DNA from: Spirochaetia bacterium
Lineage (GTDB): Bacteria; Spirochaetota; Spirochaetia; DSM-2461
Direction: 5' to 3'
Assembly: GCA_963668315.1 (NCBI GenBank)
Contig: OY764216.1
Span: 704,001-768,000, forward strand
DNA length: 64,000 nucleotides
In this document: one piece after another, positions 1-9,275 of the stretch
How the letters are laid out: each line of letters starts with the position of its first letter
Numbering within the stretch: position 1 is the first letter of the stretch
Program-made: the position numbers and the translations under genes
The notes under the pieces: generated by a model
The model's database searches: none
Told to the model about the DNA's origin: nothing
What the model saw: the letters and a program-made list of their open reading frames with translations, nothing else

Positions 1-380
1 CACATGACAGCAACGGCGACGCTGGAACCGACAACGGAAGGAGCATAGTAAAGGGCTCTATAAAAATATGTTCCCCGTCTGTTATTATGCAGCATCATGG
101 CTACAAACAGGGCAAAGATAAGCCGTACGGGAACTGATACAAAGGCAAAGTAAAGGGTGGCTTTAACCGATTTCCAATAACGGACATCATCGGTGAACAT
201 GCGGATGAAATTCGAAACCCCGACAAATTCAGGCTTGGAAAGCATGTCGTATTCGGTAAAGCCGAGATAGAGGGTGGCGACCATGGGAATGAGGTTCAGC
301 CCGAGAAATCCGATGAGCCAGGGTAGAATGAAAAGGTACCCGTCTATGGACTCACGGGTGGAATGTTTTTTTATTTTCAT
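1..380 (-). CDS. Carbohydrate ABC transporter permease (runs off window edge)
   Basis: Manual translation from ATG at 380: MKIKKHSTRESIDGYLFILPWLIGFLG...PEFVGVSNFIRMFTDDVRYWKSVKATLYFA; GGAG SD; follows a sugar-binding protein gene. Confidence 0.9.
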   Translation of the reverse strand, partial: MKIKKHSTRESIDGYLFILPWLIGFLGLNLIPMVATLYLGFTEYDMLSKPEFVGVSNFIRMFTDDVRYWKSVKATLYFAFVSVPVRLIFALFVAMMLHNNRRGTYFYRALYYAPSVVGSSVAVAVM

Positions 381-394
381 GTGAAAACTCCAGA

Positions 395-418
395 AAAGGA
401 GGTCCGGAAAGCCGGACC
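395..418 (-). terminator. Intergenic stem-loop between binding-protein and permease genes
   Basis: GGTCCGG-AAAG-CCGGACC (401-418) followed by a short U tract on the minus strand. Confidence 0.55.
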
Positions 419-442
419 CCCTCAAAGGTATACTTCCTATGC

Positions 443-1744
443 TTATTTGTTTTTAGCCAGGATCTTCTTGGCTTCGGCCGTTAAGGTGGCAACGGCTTCC
501 TTAGGAGTAATCACCCCGTAGCACATGGGATCGAGGAACTGGGGAGTAAAGACATTGTTCATTATGTCCGAGTGTCCCACAGGATCGGGATTGGGAAGAG
601 GACTATTATCCATAGAAACCCGGTCAATGTAATTGAAGGATTCAAGCTGGGCGGGTCCCATCTGGCCCTTGATCCCTTCTCTGATGGCGGAGGAGATGGG
701 CACTCCTCTTTCTGCAGCAAGGATCTTGTTCACATCCAGGTCGTTGGTGAAGTAATTGATGAAGTCGGCGGCCCTTTTGGGATTCTCGCTTTTGGCGCTG
801 ATGGAGAAGAACATGCTGGGCTTGAGATAGTTGGCGGCGGGACCGTCTTTCGTCAGTCTGGGCTTGTGAGTCATATAGAAATGTCTGCCCTCGCCGGCGG
901 CGGATGCCAGAGCGGTCAACTGGTTGCTCCAGAAATACTCCATGGCGGCTTCTTTCTGAACCATACCTTTCGTCTCGATGCTGATGCCGTATTTGGCCAG
1001 TTCTTCGTCTCTGCTGGGAATGACACCGTCTTTCTGCATGTTGACGATCATTTCGCAGTAATCCACAAAGAGGCTCTGGTCGGTGTAACCCACATCCGTA
1101 CCCGCATCATTATAGGCATATTCCCCATTGGAGAGGTAGATGGTTTTCCAGTTCTGATCGCCCAGAAGGCCGTCGCCCATACCGTAAATACCCAGTTTCG
1201 CGTGAAGCTCCCGGGCAATGGATTCAAATTCATCCCAGGTCCAGTTCTGGGGAGGAAGGGGAATTCCCGCCTTTTCAAAGGCGTCCACATCAAGGACGAA
1301 ACATTCCGAATTCATTCCCAGGTTGACGGCATAAAGATCACCGTCAATTCTTCCGCCGGCAATGGCGCTCTCCACCACATTGGAGAAATCGATCGTATTA
1401 TCGGCTACGTAGGGCTCCAGGTCGAGCATGAGCCCCTTATCCACCCATTCGGCCAGGCGGGCGTAGTCCTGCTGCATGACGTCGGGGAGCATACCTCCGG
1501 CAGCCATGGTGGTTGTCTTTGTCCAGTAATCGGTCCAACCGGCGAACTCATAGGTTGCTTCCACGTTGGGATTCTTTTCCATATACAGCTCGATAGCCTT
1601 TATGGTTCTGTCGTGGCGGTTCTGGGAACCCCACCAGATAACGGATAATTCTTCACTTCCCGATGCACCCTTGTCATCAGCGCCATTGGCGGCCAGGGGA
1701 AACAGGACAGTCAGAGCGATAAGCAGTAATACCGCTTTTTTCAT
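443..1744 (-). CDS. Carbohydrate ABC transporter substrate-binding protein
   Basis: Signal peptide, WWGSQNRH, PDVMQQD, WTWDEF motifs of family-1 sugar SBPs; GGAGG SD. Confidence 0.9.
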   Translation of the reverse strand: MKKAVLLLIALTVLFPLAANGADDKGASGSEELSVIWWGSQNRHDRTIKAIELYMEKNPNVEATYEFAGWTDYWTKTTTMAAGGMLPDVMQQDYARLAEWVDKGLMLDLEPYVADNTIDFSNVVESAIAGGRIDGDLYAVNLGMNSECFVLDVDAFEKAGIPLPPQNWTWDEFESIARELHAKLGIYGMGDGLLGDQNWKTIYLSNGEYAYNDAGTDVGYTDQSLFVDYCEMIVNMQKDGVIPSRDEELAKYGISIETKGMVQKEAAMEYFWSNQLTALASAAGEGRHFYMTHKPRLTKDGPAANYLKPSMFFSISAKSENPKRAADFINYFTNDLDVNKILAAERGVPISSAIREGIKGQMGPAQLESFNYIDRVSMDNSPLPNPDPVGHSDIMNNVFTPQFLDPMCYGVITPKEAVATLTAEAKKILAKNK

Positions 1745-1797
1745 AAAATAAACCTCCCTAAATGGTTCAATATATATTCATTATTCGACCGTTTTGG

Positions 1798-2487
1798 TTA
1801 ATTGAAAATTGAAAAAAGCGATGTTTCCTTTAAAATATCCGACTTTTTGTTCTCTTTTTTTATGCATCTCCCCGATAGTTCCCTCTGATCCAGCTGCCAG
1901 GAAGGGTGAAACAGATCTATGACTGATTTTTCCGCCCCTATCCACTCGCGCGCTTTTTCCCCTGTCATAAGCAAGGGCATCCGCTTTTTCTCGTTATGCA
2001 CTTCCGCCAGAAAGTCACGGGCTTCCAGAGTAATAAGGCTGAATGTCCTTTCGGGAAAATCCCCCTGAAGAAGGGCGGATGTCTCGGCGTAGAGTCCTCC
2101 CAGAAAAAAGAATCCGCCGTCCGCCTTTTCGATAAGCCAGGTCTCCCTGCCCGCTTCTCCCAGATGGGGCTCGAAAAAACCCCGGACCGGCAGTATGCAG
2201 CGCTTTTCGGGCCAGCTGTTTCGGAAGGAGGGTTTCTGATGAACCGTTTCACTGCGGGCATTCACGGTGGCGGACCGGAGCTTTCCGGCCTGTTCCTTTT
2301 CCCTGACCCACGGGGGAATAAGCCCCCAGCCGGCGGAAAAGGCCTCTTCCCTGCCGGAAGCAAGAATCGGAAGGGAAGGAAAGGAGAAGGCGGAAAGCTC
2401 CCCTTCGGGCCAGCTGCGGTCCGACAGATTCCGGAATGAAGGGAGCTGCCCTATCACCGTTTTATCAAAGACGACCCGGAAGCACAT
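1798..2487 (-). CDS. SOS response-associated peptidase (SRAP/YedK family)
   Basis: Start moved to ATG 2487 (MCFR..., catalytic Cys2); WGLIP, NARSET, GFFE, HNEKKRMP motifs; TGATG overlap with upstream stop. Confidence 0.85.
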   Translation of the reverse strand: MCFRVVFDKTVIGQLPSFRNLSDRSWPEGELSAFSFPSLPILASGREEAFSAGWGLIPPWVREKEQAGKLRSATVNARSETVHQKPSFRNSWPEKRCILPVRGFFEPHLGEAGRETWLIEKADGGFFFLGGLYAETSALLQGDFPERTFSLITLEARDFLAEVHNEKKRMPLLMTGEKAREWIGAEKSVIDLFHPSWQLDQRELSGRCIKKENKKSDILKETSLFSIFN

Positions 2488-3212
2488 CAGTCCCTTCCCA
2501 GATATTCCCGGGGACTCATCCCGAGGACCTTTTTGAACTGGGTGGAAAAGTACTGCCCGTCCGGGGGAAAGCCGCACTGTTCTCCCACTTCGTAAATTTT
2601 TTCGCTGCCCCCTTCATCAAAGAGGATCCGGGCCTTATCCACCCTGAGCCGGCTGAGATAACAGGCAAAGGAAAGTCCGGTATATTTCTTGAACAGCCTT
2701 CCCAGATGTTCGCTGTTCTTATAAATCAGATTGTCCGCAATCCACCCCAGAGTAAGATCTCTCCGGCTGTAGTTATACTCAATGTATTCCAGAACCTTAT
2801 CAACCACGGCATTTCCCGTGGAAACCTCCCTGTGGGTCTCCCGGATCTCATTTCCCAGGCTGATGATTTTCTCTTCCAGCTCACCCTCGTCAAGAGGTTT
2901 GAGGAGATAGTGCTTCACCCCGAATTCCATGGCTTTCCGGGCGAAGGTGAAATCGTCATAGCCGGAAAGAATGATGTATTTCGGAGTCCATCCGTAACCT
3001 TGGGTCTCACGGATCATTTCAAGGCCGCTCATCCCGGGCATCCGAATATCCGTTATAACAAGGGCCGGCTTAGTTTCTCTTATCATATTCAGCCCTTCCC
3101 GCCCGTCCGCTGCGGTACCTACGAGCCGGCACCCCAGTCTGGTCCAGTTCATGGCCGCCGCAATACCTTCGCGAATCAGCCTTTCATCATCAATGACAAC
3201 CACCCCGATCAT
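2487..3212 (-). CDS. Response regulator, receiver + AraC HTH (YesN-like)
   Basis: IDDE, TDIRMPGMSG, YLLKP; C-terminal AraC (YFSTQFKKVLGMSPREY). Confidence 0.92.
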   Translation of the reverse strand: MIGVVVIDDERLIREGIAAAMNWTRLGCRLVGTAADGREGLNMIRETKPALVITDIRMPGMSGLEMIRETQGYGWTPKYIILSGYDDFTFARKAMEFGVKHYLLKPLDEGELEEKIISLGNEIRETHREVSTGNAVVDKVLEYIEYNYSRRDLTLGWIADNLIYKNSEHLGRLFKKYTGLSFACYLSRLRVDKARILFDEGGSEKIYEVGEQCGFPPDGQYFSTQFKKVLGMSPREYLGRD

Positions 3213-4960
3213 AGGTTTGTCTTCTCCCTGAGAAGAGGAAATTCCAGGATACTGCAGGACCCCTTCACGGATTTGTTTCTGATAATCAATTTACCTCTTC
3301 CTTTATAATATAACTGAATTCTCTCGTAAATATTACTCAATCCCACGCCCAGCAGATTTTCGGAGATAAGTTCTTCCATTCCCTTTTCCCGGTATATCTC
3401 CATCAATTGTTCGGGAAAGCCCCGCCCCCCGTCGCAAACGCTGATCTCCAGCATGTCTCCCTGCTTGATTTTAATAATCAATTCGATAGATAGTTTTCCC
3501 TCGCCCTCTTCTATTCCATATTTAATGGCATTCTCTACCAGCGGCTGGAGAATAAAGGGGAGCATCATGACCGGTTCCGCCCCGGGATCGACTTCACAAT
3601 GCCAGTAAAGCCTTTCCTGAAAGCGGATTTTCTGAATGGCGAGATAGTCATCCAACAGGCTCAGTTCCTCCCTGACGGTAATCCTTTCCCTCCTCTCGCT
3701 CAGAGAGTGGCGAAGCAGCCGGCCCAGGGCCACCACCATTCGGGCGATATCCTGGTCTCCGGACCTCCTGGCCATCCAGTTGATGGAATCCAGGGTATTA
3801 TACAGAAAATGGGGATTGATCTGAGATCTGAGCATCTGCAGCTGCGTCGTCTGGAGAGACATCTGTTTTACATAATCCTGGTACACCTGCTCCTGTATTT
3901 TTTTCAAGGCCAGTTCCACGTCCCGGTATAAAGCAGCCGTTTCTTCCGTCAGGTACCGTTCCGAGGGAGGATTGAGGGAAATATTGAAGACGTTCTGCTC
4001 GATAGCCCTCAGATCCCGGCTCAGCAATTCAAGGGGTTTGGTGAAATGGCGAACATAAATTCTGCCCGTGAAGAACATGATGAAGGCGAGGACGGCATGG
4101 CCCAAAATCATGGCGGTCCACAGAGTGACATCAAGGCGTCTCATATCATTCAGAGAGGTGTAACCGATGAAGGACCAGCCTTCCTTTTTACCTGAAACAA
4201 CCGTGACAAAGTAATATCCGCTATCGTCCTTATAGAAAGAGAAACCCTCATCAAGATTATCAAGGGAGTGGAAAATCCTGTGGGAAAAGTCATCCTCGAG
4301 AAGCAGTTCCCCGTCCTTTACCAGCAGGAAATTCATTTCCGAGGAGAGGGGTATCTGCCTCTGGTATTTCTTTATGAGAAGCTTAACGTCGATGTATGTC
4401 AGCATCGTTCCCAGAGTGAAAAAATCCAGGGAAGAGATATCCCGTATATTCCTGACATTAACCAGATTATTCTGGCTGCCCACGAAATAGAAATCCTTCC
4501 CGTCTTCATAACCGGGATGCTCCTTGAGGGCGGGATTATACTCGCTCTTCATTGATCCCACGCTCCGCCCGATCTGAATCTGATCTCCCTCCAGCAGATC
4601 AAGCTCTATCTGGGAAATGTAGAAATCCCCGTATGCCTGGTTGAAGAGGATATCCTTAATCATATCCCTTACCTGAATCCGCTCATACCTGTCGGAATAG
4701 GAACTCTCATTTTTTATGGCATTTTGAAGCCTTTCATCGGCGGCTAGATAAAGGGTCATTTCGGAGATTTTATCCAGTTCGTATTCCAGATAGGTTACGG
4801 CAATTTCCAGGGTATTCCGGAATGTCCTGTAGAACTGAACATCAAAAGAGTGCTTCAGAGTTTTGAAAATAGCCATGGAGAAAAGAAGGCTGATGCAGAT
4901 TATGAGGATAAGCATCTGGGAGATTCGGGCAAACAGGGTTCTTTTCCATAAACCGGCCAT
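3209..4960 (-). CDS. Sensor histidine kinase (YesM-like)
   Basis: Two TM segments, SQINPHFLYNTL, LQPLVENAIKYG, GVGLSNI. Confidence 0.92.
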   Translation of the reverse strand: MAGLWKRTLFARISQMLILIICISLLFSMAIFKTLKHSFDVQFYRTFRNTLEIAVTYLEYELDKISEMTLYLAADERLQNAIKNESSYSDRYERIQVRDMIKDILFNQAYGDFYISQIELDLLEGDQIQIGRSVGSMKSEYNPALKEHPGYEDGKDFYFVGSQNNLVNVRNIRDISSLDFFTLGTMLTYIDVKLLIKKYQRQIPLSSEMNFLLVKDGELLLEDDFSHRIFHSLDNLDEGFSFYKDDSGYYFVTVVSGKKEGWSFIGYTSLNDMRRLDVTLWTAMILGHAVLAFIMFFTGRIYVRHFTKPLELLSRDLRAIEQNVFNISLNPPSERYLTEETAALYRDVELALKKIQEQVYQDYVKQMSLQTTQLQMLRSQINPHFLYNTLDSINWMARRSGDQDIARMVVALGRLLRHSLSERRERITVREELSLLDDYLAIQKIRFQERLYWHCEVDPGAEPVMMLPFILQPLVENAIKYGIEEGEGKLSIELIIKIKQGDMLEISVCDGGRGFPEQLMEIYREKGMEELISENLLGVGLSNIYERIQLYYKGRGKLIIRNKSVKGSCSILEFPLLREKTNL

Positions 4961-5078
4961 GGCACAAATATACCAGACAAAAGAAATAAGGGAAATGCCC
5001 GCGGCCCCCCTGCCGCTCCTCTTTTCAAAGTAAGGAATTTATGGTTCACTGTTTTTCTTAAATTTTCTGGAGGAAACA

Positions 5079-5528
5079 TTGGAAAAAACCTTACTGATGC
5101 TCAAACCCGGCGTATTACAGAGAAGACTGGTCGGGGATATTATTGGAAATATTGAAAAAAAGGGCCTGAAGCTGACCGCCATGAAGATGCTGCAGTTGGA
5201 CAGGGAAATGGTCCGGGCCCATTATGCGGAACACGTGGAGAAGTCCTGGTTTGCCGACGTGGAAGCTTTCACACTCAAAGGTCCTGTCATCCTTATGATC
5301 GCCGAGGGAAAGAACGCCGTCATGATTATGAGAAAACAGGCGGGCGCCACTTATGTGGAAGAGATGGAACCGGGTACCATCAGAGGCGATTTTGCCCTGG
5401 GGACAACAAAGCCGGACAACTGTATTCACGCTTCCGACTCTCCGGAAAGCGCCGCCCGTGAAATTGAGCTTTTTTTCAAGAAAGAAGAGATCTGTTCATG
5501 GGAAGATCCTCTCGCCGGCTGGATGTAG
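5079..5528 (+). CDS. ndk: Nucleoside diphosphate kinase
   Basis: EKTLLMLKP, PGTIRGDFA, NCIHASDS; TTG start after GGAGG. Confidence 0.95.
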   Translation: MEKTLLMLKPGVLQRRLVGDIIGNIEKKGLKLTAMKMLQLDREMVRAHYAEHVEKSWFADVEAFTLKGPVILMIAEGKNAVMIMRKQAGATYVEEMEPGTIRGDFALGTTKPDNCIHASDSPESAAREIELFFKKEEICSWEDPLAGWM

Positions 5529-5572
5529 AAAGAGCCATATCATCGGGACTCTTTACGGTATTATATATTCTT

Positions 5573-5616
5573 TCCCCCCTTCCCCGCGGCATAAACCCGG
5601 GAGGGGGATTTTTTTT
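5573..5616 (+). terminator. Rho-independent terminator after ndk
   Basis: C-rich/G-rich imperfect stem followed by T8. Confidence 0.6.
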
Positions 5617-5621
5617 GCCCT

Positions 5622-6248
5622 CTATTCCTGTTCGCTCTGAATTCTGAGGAAGTAATCATACGCACCGGCCAGCCAGGGATGAACAACGGCCAGTTTCCCT
5701 TTGTTATCCATCATATATTTGATCATGGCAAAGGCTCCCTTCTCCAGAGAGAGCTCCATACTCTCCTCAAGAAGAGTCAGATAGGGAGGATCCCCCGGCT
5801 GATCCCATGAGATCTTATCCGCCAGAAAGATTATCATATCCAGCCTCGTCGGATTCTGCCACAGGGTCGTATGGCAGGTAATCGCATCAAGTATCTCCTT
5901 ATCATCCACCCCCAGATAAAGGGAAGCGAACTTCCTGGATAAACGCTGATGAATGATCATGGGAAACTCTTTCTCTTCTTCAAAGAGACCGATACCCAGC
6001 GATTCGGCGGCTTCCACCCTCTTATCATTGGGGATTATGACGCTGATATCATGAAGCACCCCGGCGGTTTCGGCCTTTTCCGGATCTTCACCGAACCGCT
6101 CAGCCAGCTCAATGGCTTTCTTGGTCACCTGCGATGAGTGTTTGGCGGTCTGACGCATATTATGGGTTAGAAAGAGATTTATACAGTTCTCATATACGGA
6201 AAGATTATGATCTATAAAAGAGGGAATCTCCGTCAGAATTCTTAACAT
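5622..6248 (-). CDS. yqeK: HD-domain Ap4A hydrolase, YqeK family
   Basis: HS..V, AGVLHDIS, IIHQ, AITCHTT, IFLADKI. Confidence 0.8.
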   Translation of the reverse strand: MLRILTEIPSFIDHNLSVYENCINLFLTHNMRQTAKHSSQVTKKAIELAERFGEDPEKAETAGVLHDISVIIPNDKRVEAAESLGIGLFEEEKEFPMIIHQRLSRKFASLYLGVDDKEILDAITCHTTLWQNPTRLDMIIFLADKISWDQPGDPPYLTLLEESMELSLEKGAFAMIKYMMDNKGKLAVVHPWLAGAYDYFLRIQSEQE

Positions 6249-6364
6249 GCTACTATTTTATCACATAGAAGTGCTTCGGATGCAAAAAAACACAGGAAAA
6301 TCCCGATTTTTCTTGAAACATGAACAGTCTGTCCCTAAAGTTAACTATTATAGGAGTTTATTTT

Positions 6365-8446
6365 ATGGCCTTACAACCAATTATTGAGGTGGATGGGGAG
6401 AAATGCGTCAATTGTCATCAATGTATCGCTGTCTGCCCCGTCAAGTACTGCCAGGACGGCAGCGGGGATTCGGTAATGATACTGCATGAGACATGCATAG
6501 GCTGCGGAAACTGTATTTCGGCCTGTACACACCAGGCCAGAAGGCGAATAGACGACTGGCAACAATTCGCCGAGAGCTGCCGCAAAGGGGAGAAAATTGT
6601 GGCCATAGTAGCCCCCTCCGCCGCCGCCAGTTTTGAGGGCAGCCTTGAAAACCTTAACGGCTATCTTAAATCCATGGGTGTCCGCGCGGTGTTCGATGTC
6701 AGTTTCGGGGCGGAACTGACGGTAACCTCCTATCTCGATTATCTGAAAAAGAACAACCCTCCCCTCCTGATCGCCCAGCCCTGCCCTGCCATCGTCAATT
6801 ATATCGAACTCCTTCTGCCGGAACTGATCCCCTACCTGGCCCCTGCCGACAGCCCCATGCTCCATACGATGAAAATGATCCGAGAGTTTTATCCCCGGTA
6901 CGAAGATCATAAAATAGCGGCCATCTCTCCCTGCCTTGCCAAAAAAAGAGAGTTCGAATCCACCGGGATAGGCGATTATAATGTCAGTTTTTCCAGCCTG
7001 GAAGAGAGTATTGGAAAAAGCGGACGCCCCCTCTCTTCCTATCCGGCTGTCCCCTATGATTCCCCGGAGCCGGAGCGGGCTGTACTTTTCTCTTCTCCGG
7101 GCGGGTTAATGGCTACCATAGAGAGGGAAATGCCCGAGGCTCTTCCTTCCATCAGAAAAATCGAAGGGACCCATACGATTTACGACTATCTCAAATCCCT
7201 GCCCCTGGCGCTGAAGAATAATAAAAACCCCCTCGTCGTGGACTGCCTCAATTGTGAAAAGGGGTGCAACGGCGGAACGGGGACAAATCACCGCTCCACC
7301 CCTGTGGACATACTGGAGTCGGCCGTTTCGGAAAGGGCGGCTGCCGCCCGGAAAAAATACTCCTCCGGAACAAGCAACCAGACAGCATCGCGGAGGCTGG
7401 GAAAGGTAACGGACAAATACTGGAAGGACGGCCTCTATGAGCGGCGGTACAAAGACAGATCCGCCTACTCGTCCTGGAAGATTCCCGATGAAAAGGAGAC
7501 ATGGGCCATTTTCAACAGAATGCTCAAATTCTCCGAAGAGGATATCTACAACTGTTCCTCCTGCGGATACGGCAGCTGTGAAGGCATGGCCAAGGCGATT
7601 CATAACGGATTGAACAAACCGGAAAACTGTCACTACTACGAAGTGGCCCTGGTTAAGAAAGCCCATAGCAGACTGGATACGATCTCTTCCAGGCTTCACA
7701 GCCAGATCAATAACTGCGCCGATATTATGAAGCATGTGGAACAGCGGGTTGTGCAGATGAAGGAGAGTACCATAGAACAGGGATCGGCCATTGAGGAGTC
7801 CTCCGCATCGGTAGAAGAGATGCTGGCCTCCATCAAGAATATCGCCAAGCTCGTCAAACAGAGGCAGGAGATGATAATCAGCCTGCAGGAGGGGACACAG
7901 AACGGCGCCTCGGCCCTTGAAAGAACCGTCTCATCGGTGGGCAAAGTGAACGAAAGCGTCGACCGCATTCTGGAGGTAAACAGAACGATTGATAATGTCG
8001 CCGCCAACACAAACCTTCTTGCCATGAATGCCGCCATAGAAGCGGCCCACGCGGGGGAAAAGGGGAAAGGCTTTGCCGTGGTGGCCCAGGAGATTCGCAA
8101 GCTGGCGGAGGAAACGGCCGATAACGCCCGCATCATATCCTATGACCTGAATAAAGTGGCCCAGGACGTCCGGGATACGAAAGACCTCTCTCTGGTATCC
8201 CATCAGGATATGAATCAGGTCGTATCCCGGCTGACGGGAGTGGCGGACGGCTTCCAGGAACTGTCCACGGCCATGGATGAGATGAGCCAGGGCACCGACT
8301 TGATTCAGGAAGCTCTGGGAATTATGTTGCATACCAGCAAACATGTGGATACAATCGGTAACGGCGTAGCCGAATTAATTGAAAAAATGTCTCTGGCGTA
8401 TGAAGAACTTCACAGTATCTCCGTGGAAGCCCGGGGAATTCTCTGA
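6365..8446 (+). CDS. Sensory [FeFe]-hydrogenase-like domain fused to methyl-accepting chemotaxis domain
   Basis: Two CxxCxxCxxxC ferredoxin motifs; H-cluster-like [33 protein letters not shown]eS domain; MCP motif [34 protein letters not shown]; start after AGGAG. Confidence 0.88.
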   Translation: MALQPIIEVDGEKCVNCHQCIAVCPVKYCQDGSGDSVMILHETCIGCGNCISACTHQARRRIDDWQQFAESCRKGEKIVAIVAPSAAASFEGSLENLNGYLKSMGVRAVFDVSFGAELTVTSYLDYLKKNNPPLLIAQPCPAIVNYIELLLPELIPYLAPADSPMLHTMKMIREFYPRYEDHKIAAISPCLAKKREFESTGIGDYNVSFSSLEESIGKSGRPLSSYPAVPYDSPEPERAVLFSSPGGLMATIEREMPEALPSIRKIEGTHTIYDYLKSLPLALKNNKNPLVVDCLNCEKGCNGGTGTNHRSTPVDILESAVSERAAAARKKYSSGTSNQTASRRLGKVTDKYWKDGLYERRYKDRSAYSSWKIPDEKETWAIFNRMLKFSEEDIYNCSSCGYGSCEGMAKAIHNGLNKPENCHYYEVALVKKAHSRLDTISSRLHSQINNCADIMKHVEQRVVQMKESTIEQGSAIEESSASVEEMLASIKNIAKLVKQRQEMIISLQEGTQNGASALERTVSSVGKVNESVDRILEVNRTIDNVAANTNLLAMNAAIEAAHAGEKGKGFAVVAQEIRKLAEETADNARIISYDLNKVAQDVRDTKDLSLVSHQDMNQVVSRLTGVADGFQELSTAMDEMSQGTDLIQEALGIMLHTSKHVDTIGNGVAELIEKMSLAYEELHSISVEARGIL

Positions 8447-8467
8447 AAAGGAATAAGGTTTTAGAAT

Positions 8468-9271
8468 ATGAAGCACAATAGTCACTCCATCGTATATCTC
8501 TCCCACGGGGGAGGTCCCATGCCTCTTTTAAACGAGCCGTCCCATCTCAAGATGATCGATTTTATGAAAGCCCTCCCCTCCCGCATTGAAGAGCCGGAGG
8601 AAATTCTCGTCATCAGCGCCCATTGGGAGGAAAACGTACCCACCGTAATATCCGGGAAGACCCCTCCCCTTCTTTACGATTATTACGGATTTCCCGAAGA
8701 GACCTATAATCTCAGTTACGGGATTACCGGTCACCCTTCCCTGGCCCGGGATATTACGGATATCCTTGATAAGGCGGATATCAAATCAGCCTCCACCTCC
8801 CAACGGGGCTTTGACCACGGCGTATTTATTCCCCTGATGATGATGTTTCCCCAGGGAGGAGTTCCCGTGACGCAGCTCTCCCTGGTCAACAGCCTTGATC
8901 CCCGGGAGCATCTTGAACTGGGAAAGGCCCTCAGACCCCTTCTGGATAGAAACATTCTCATCATCGGATCGGGTTTTTCCTTCCACAACATGGGAGCCTT
9001 CCGCTGGGATACCACACGTGAGGCTGATTCCTCCAACGATGCATTCCAGGACTGGCTGGTGGATACTTGTGTAGACTCCTATTCGCCTGAAGAAAGCGAA
9101 AAGAGACTGAACGACTGGTCCAAGTCAGGCCCCCATGCCCGGTACTGTCATCCCAGGGAAGAGCATCTTCTGCCCCTGCATATCTGTTCCGCCCTGGCCG
9201 GAGCCAAAGCGGAATTATGCTTTGATGATTATATCCTGGGGAAAAGGGCCACGGCTTTCCTCTGGCAATAA
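8468..9271 (+). CDS. Class III extradiol ring-cleavage dioxygenase (DODA/YgiD-like)
   Basis: YLSHGGGP, ISAHWE, YDYYGFP, RGFDHG, GSGFSFHN, HPREEHLLPL. Confidence 0.9.
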   Translation: MKHNSHSIVYLSHGGGPMPLLNEPSHLKMIDFMKALPSRIEEPEEILVISAHWEENVPTVISGKTPPLLYDYYGFPEETYNLSYGITGHPSLARDITDILDKADIKSASTSQRGFDHGVFIPLMMMFPQGGVPVTQLSLVNSLDPREHLELGKALRPLLDRNILIIGSGFSFHNMGAFRWDTTREADSSNDAFQDWLVDTCVDSYSPEESEKRLNDWSKSGPHARYCHPREEHLLPLHICSALAGAKAELCFDDYILGKRATAFLWQ

Positions 9272-9275
9272 ATCC

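Noticed and set aside
572..1648. Long antisense ORFs (also 2436-3308, 14491-15471, 21065-21922, 31745-32884, 54935-55702)
   Set aside because: Shadows of well-supported opposite-strand genes, with no motifs.
2488..2577. 30-aa N-terminal extension of SRAP
   Set aside because: SRAP needs Cys at position 2; the extension overlaps the response regulator.
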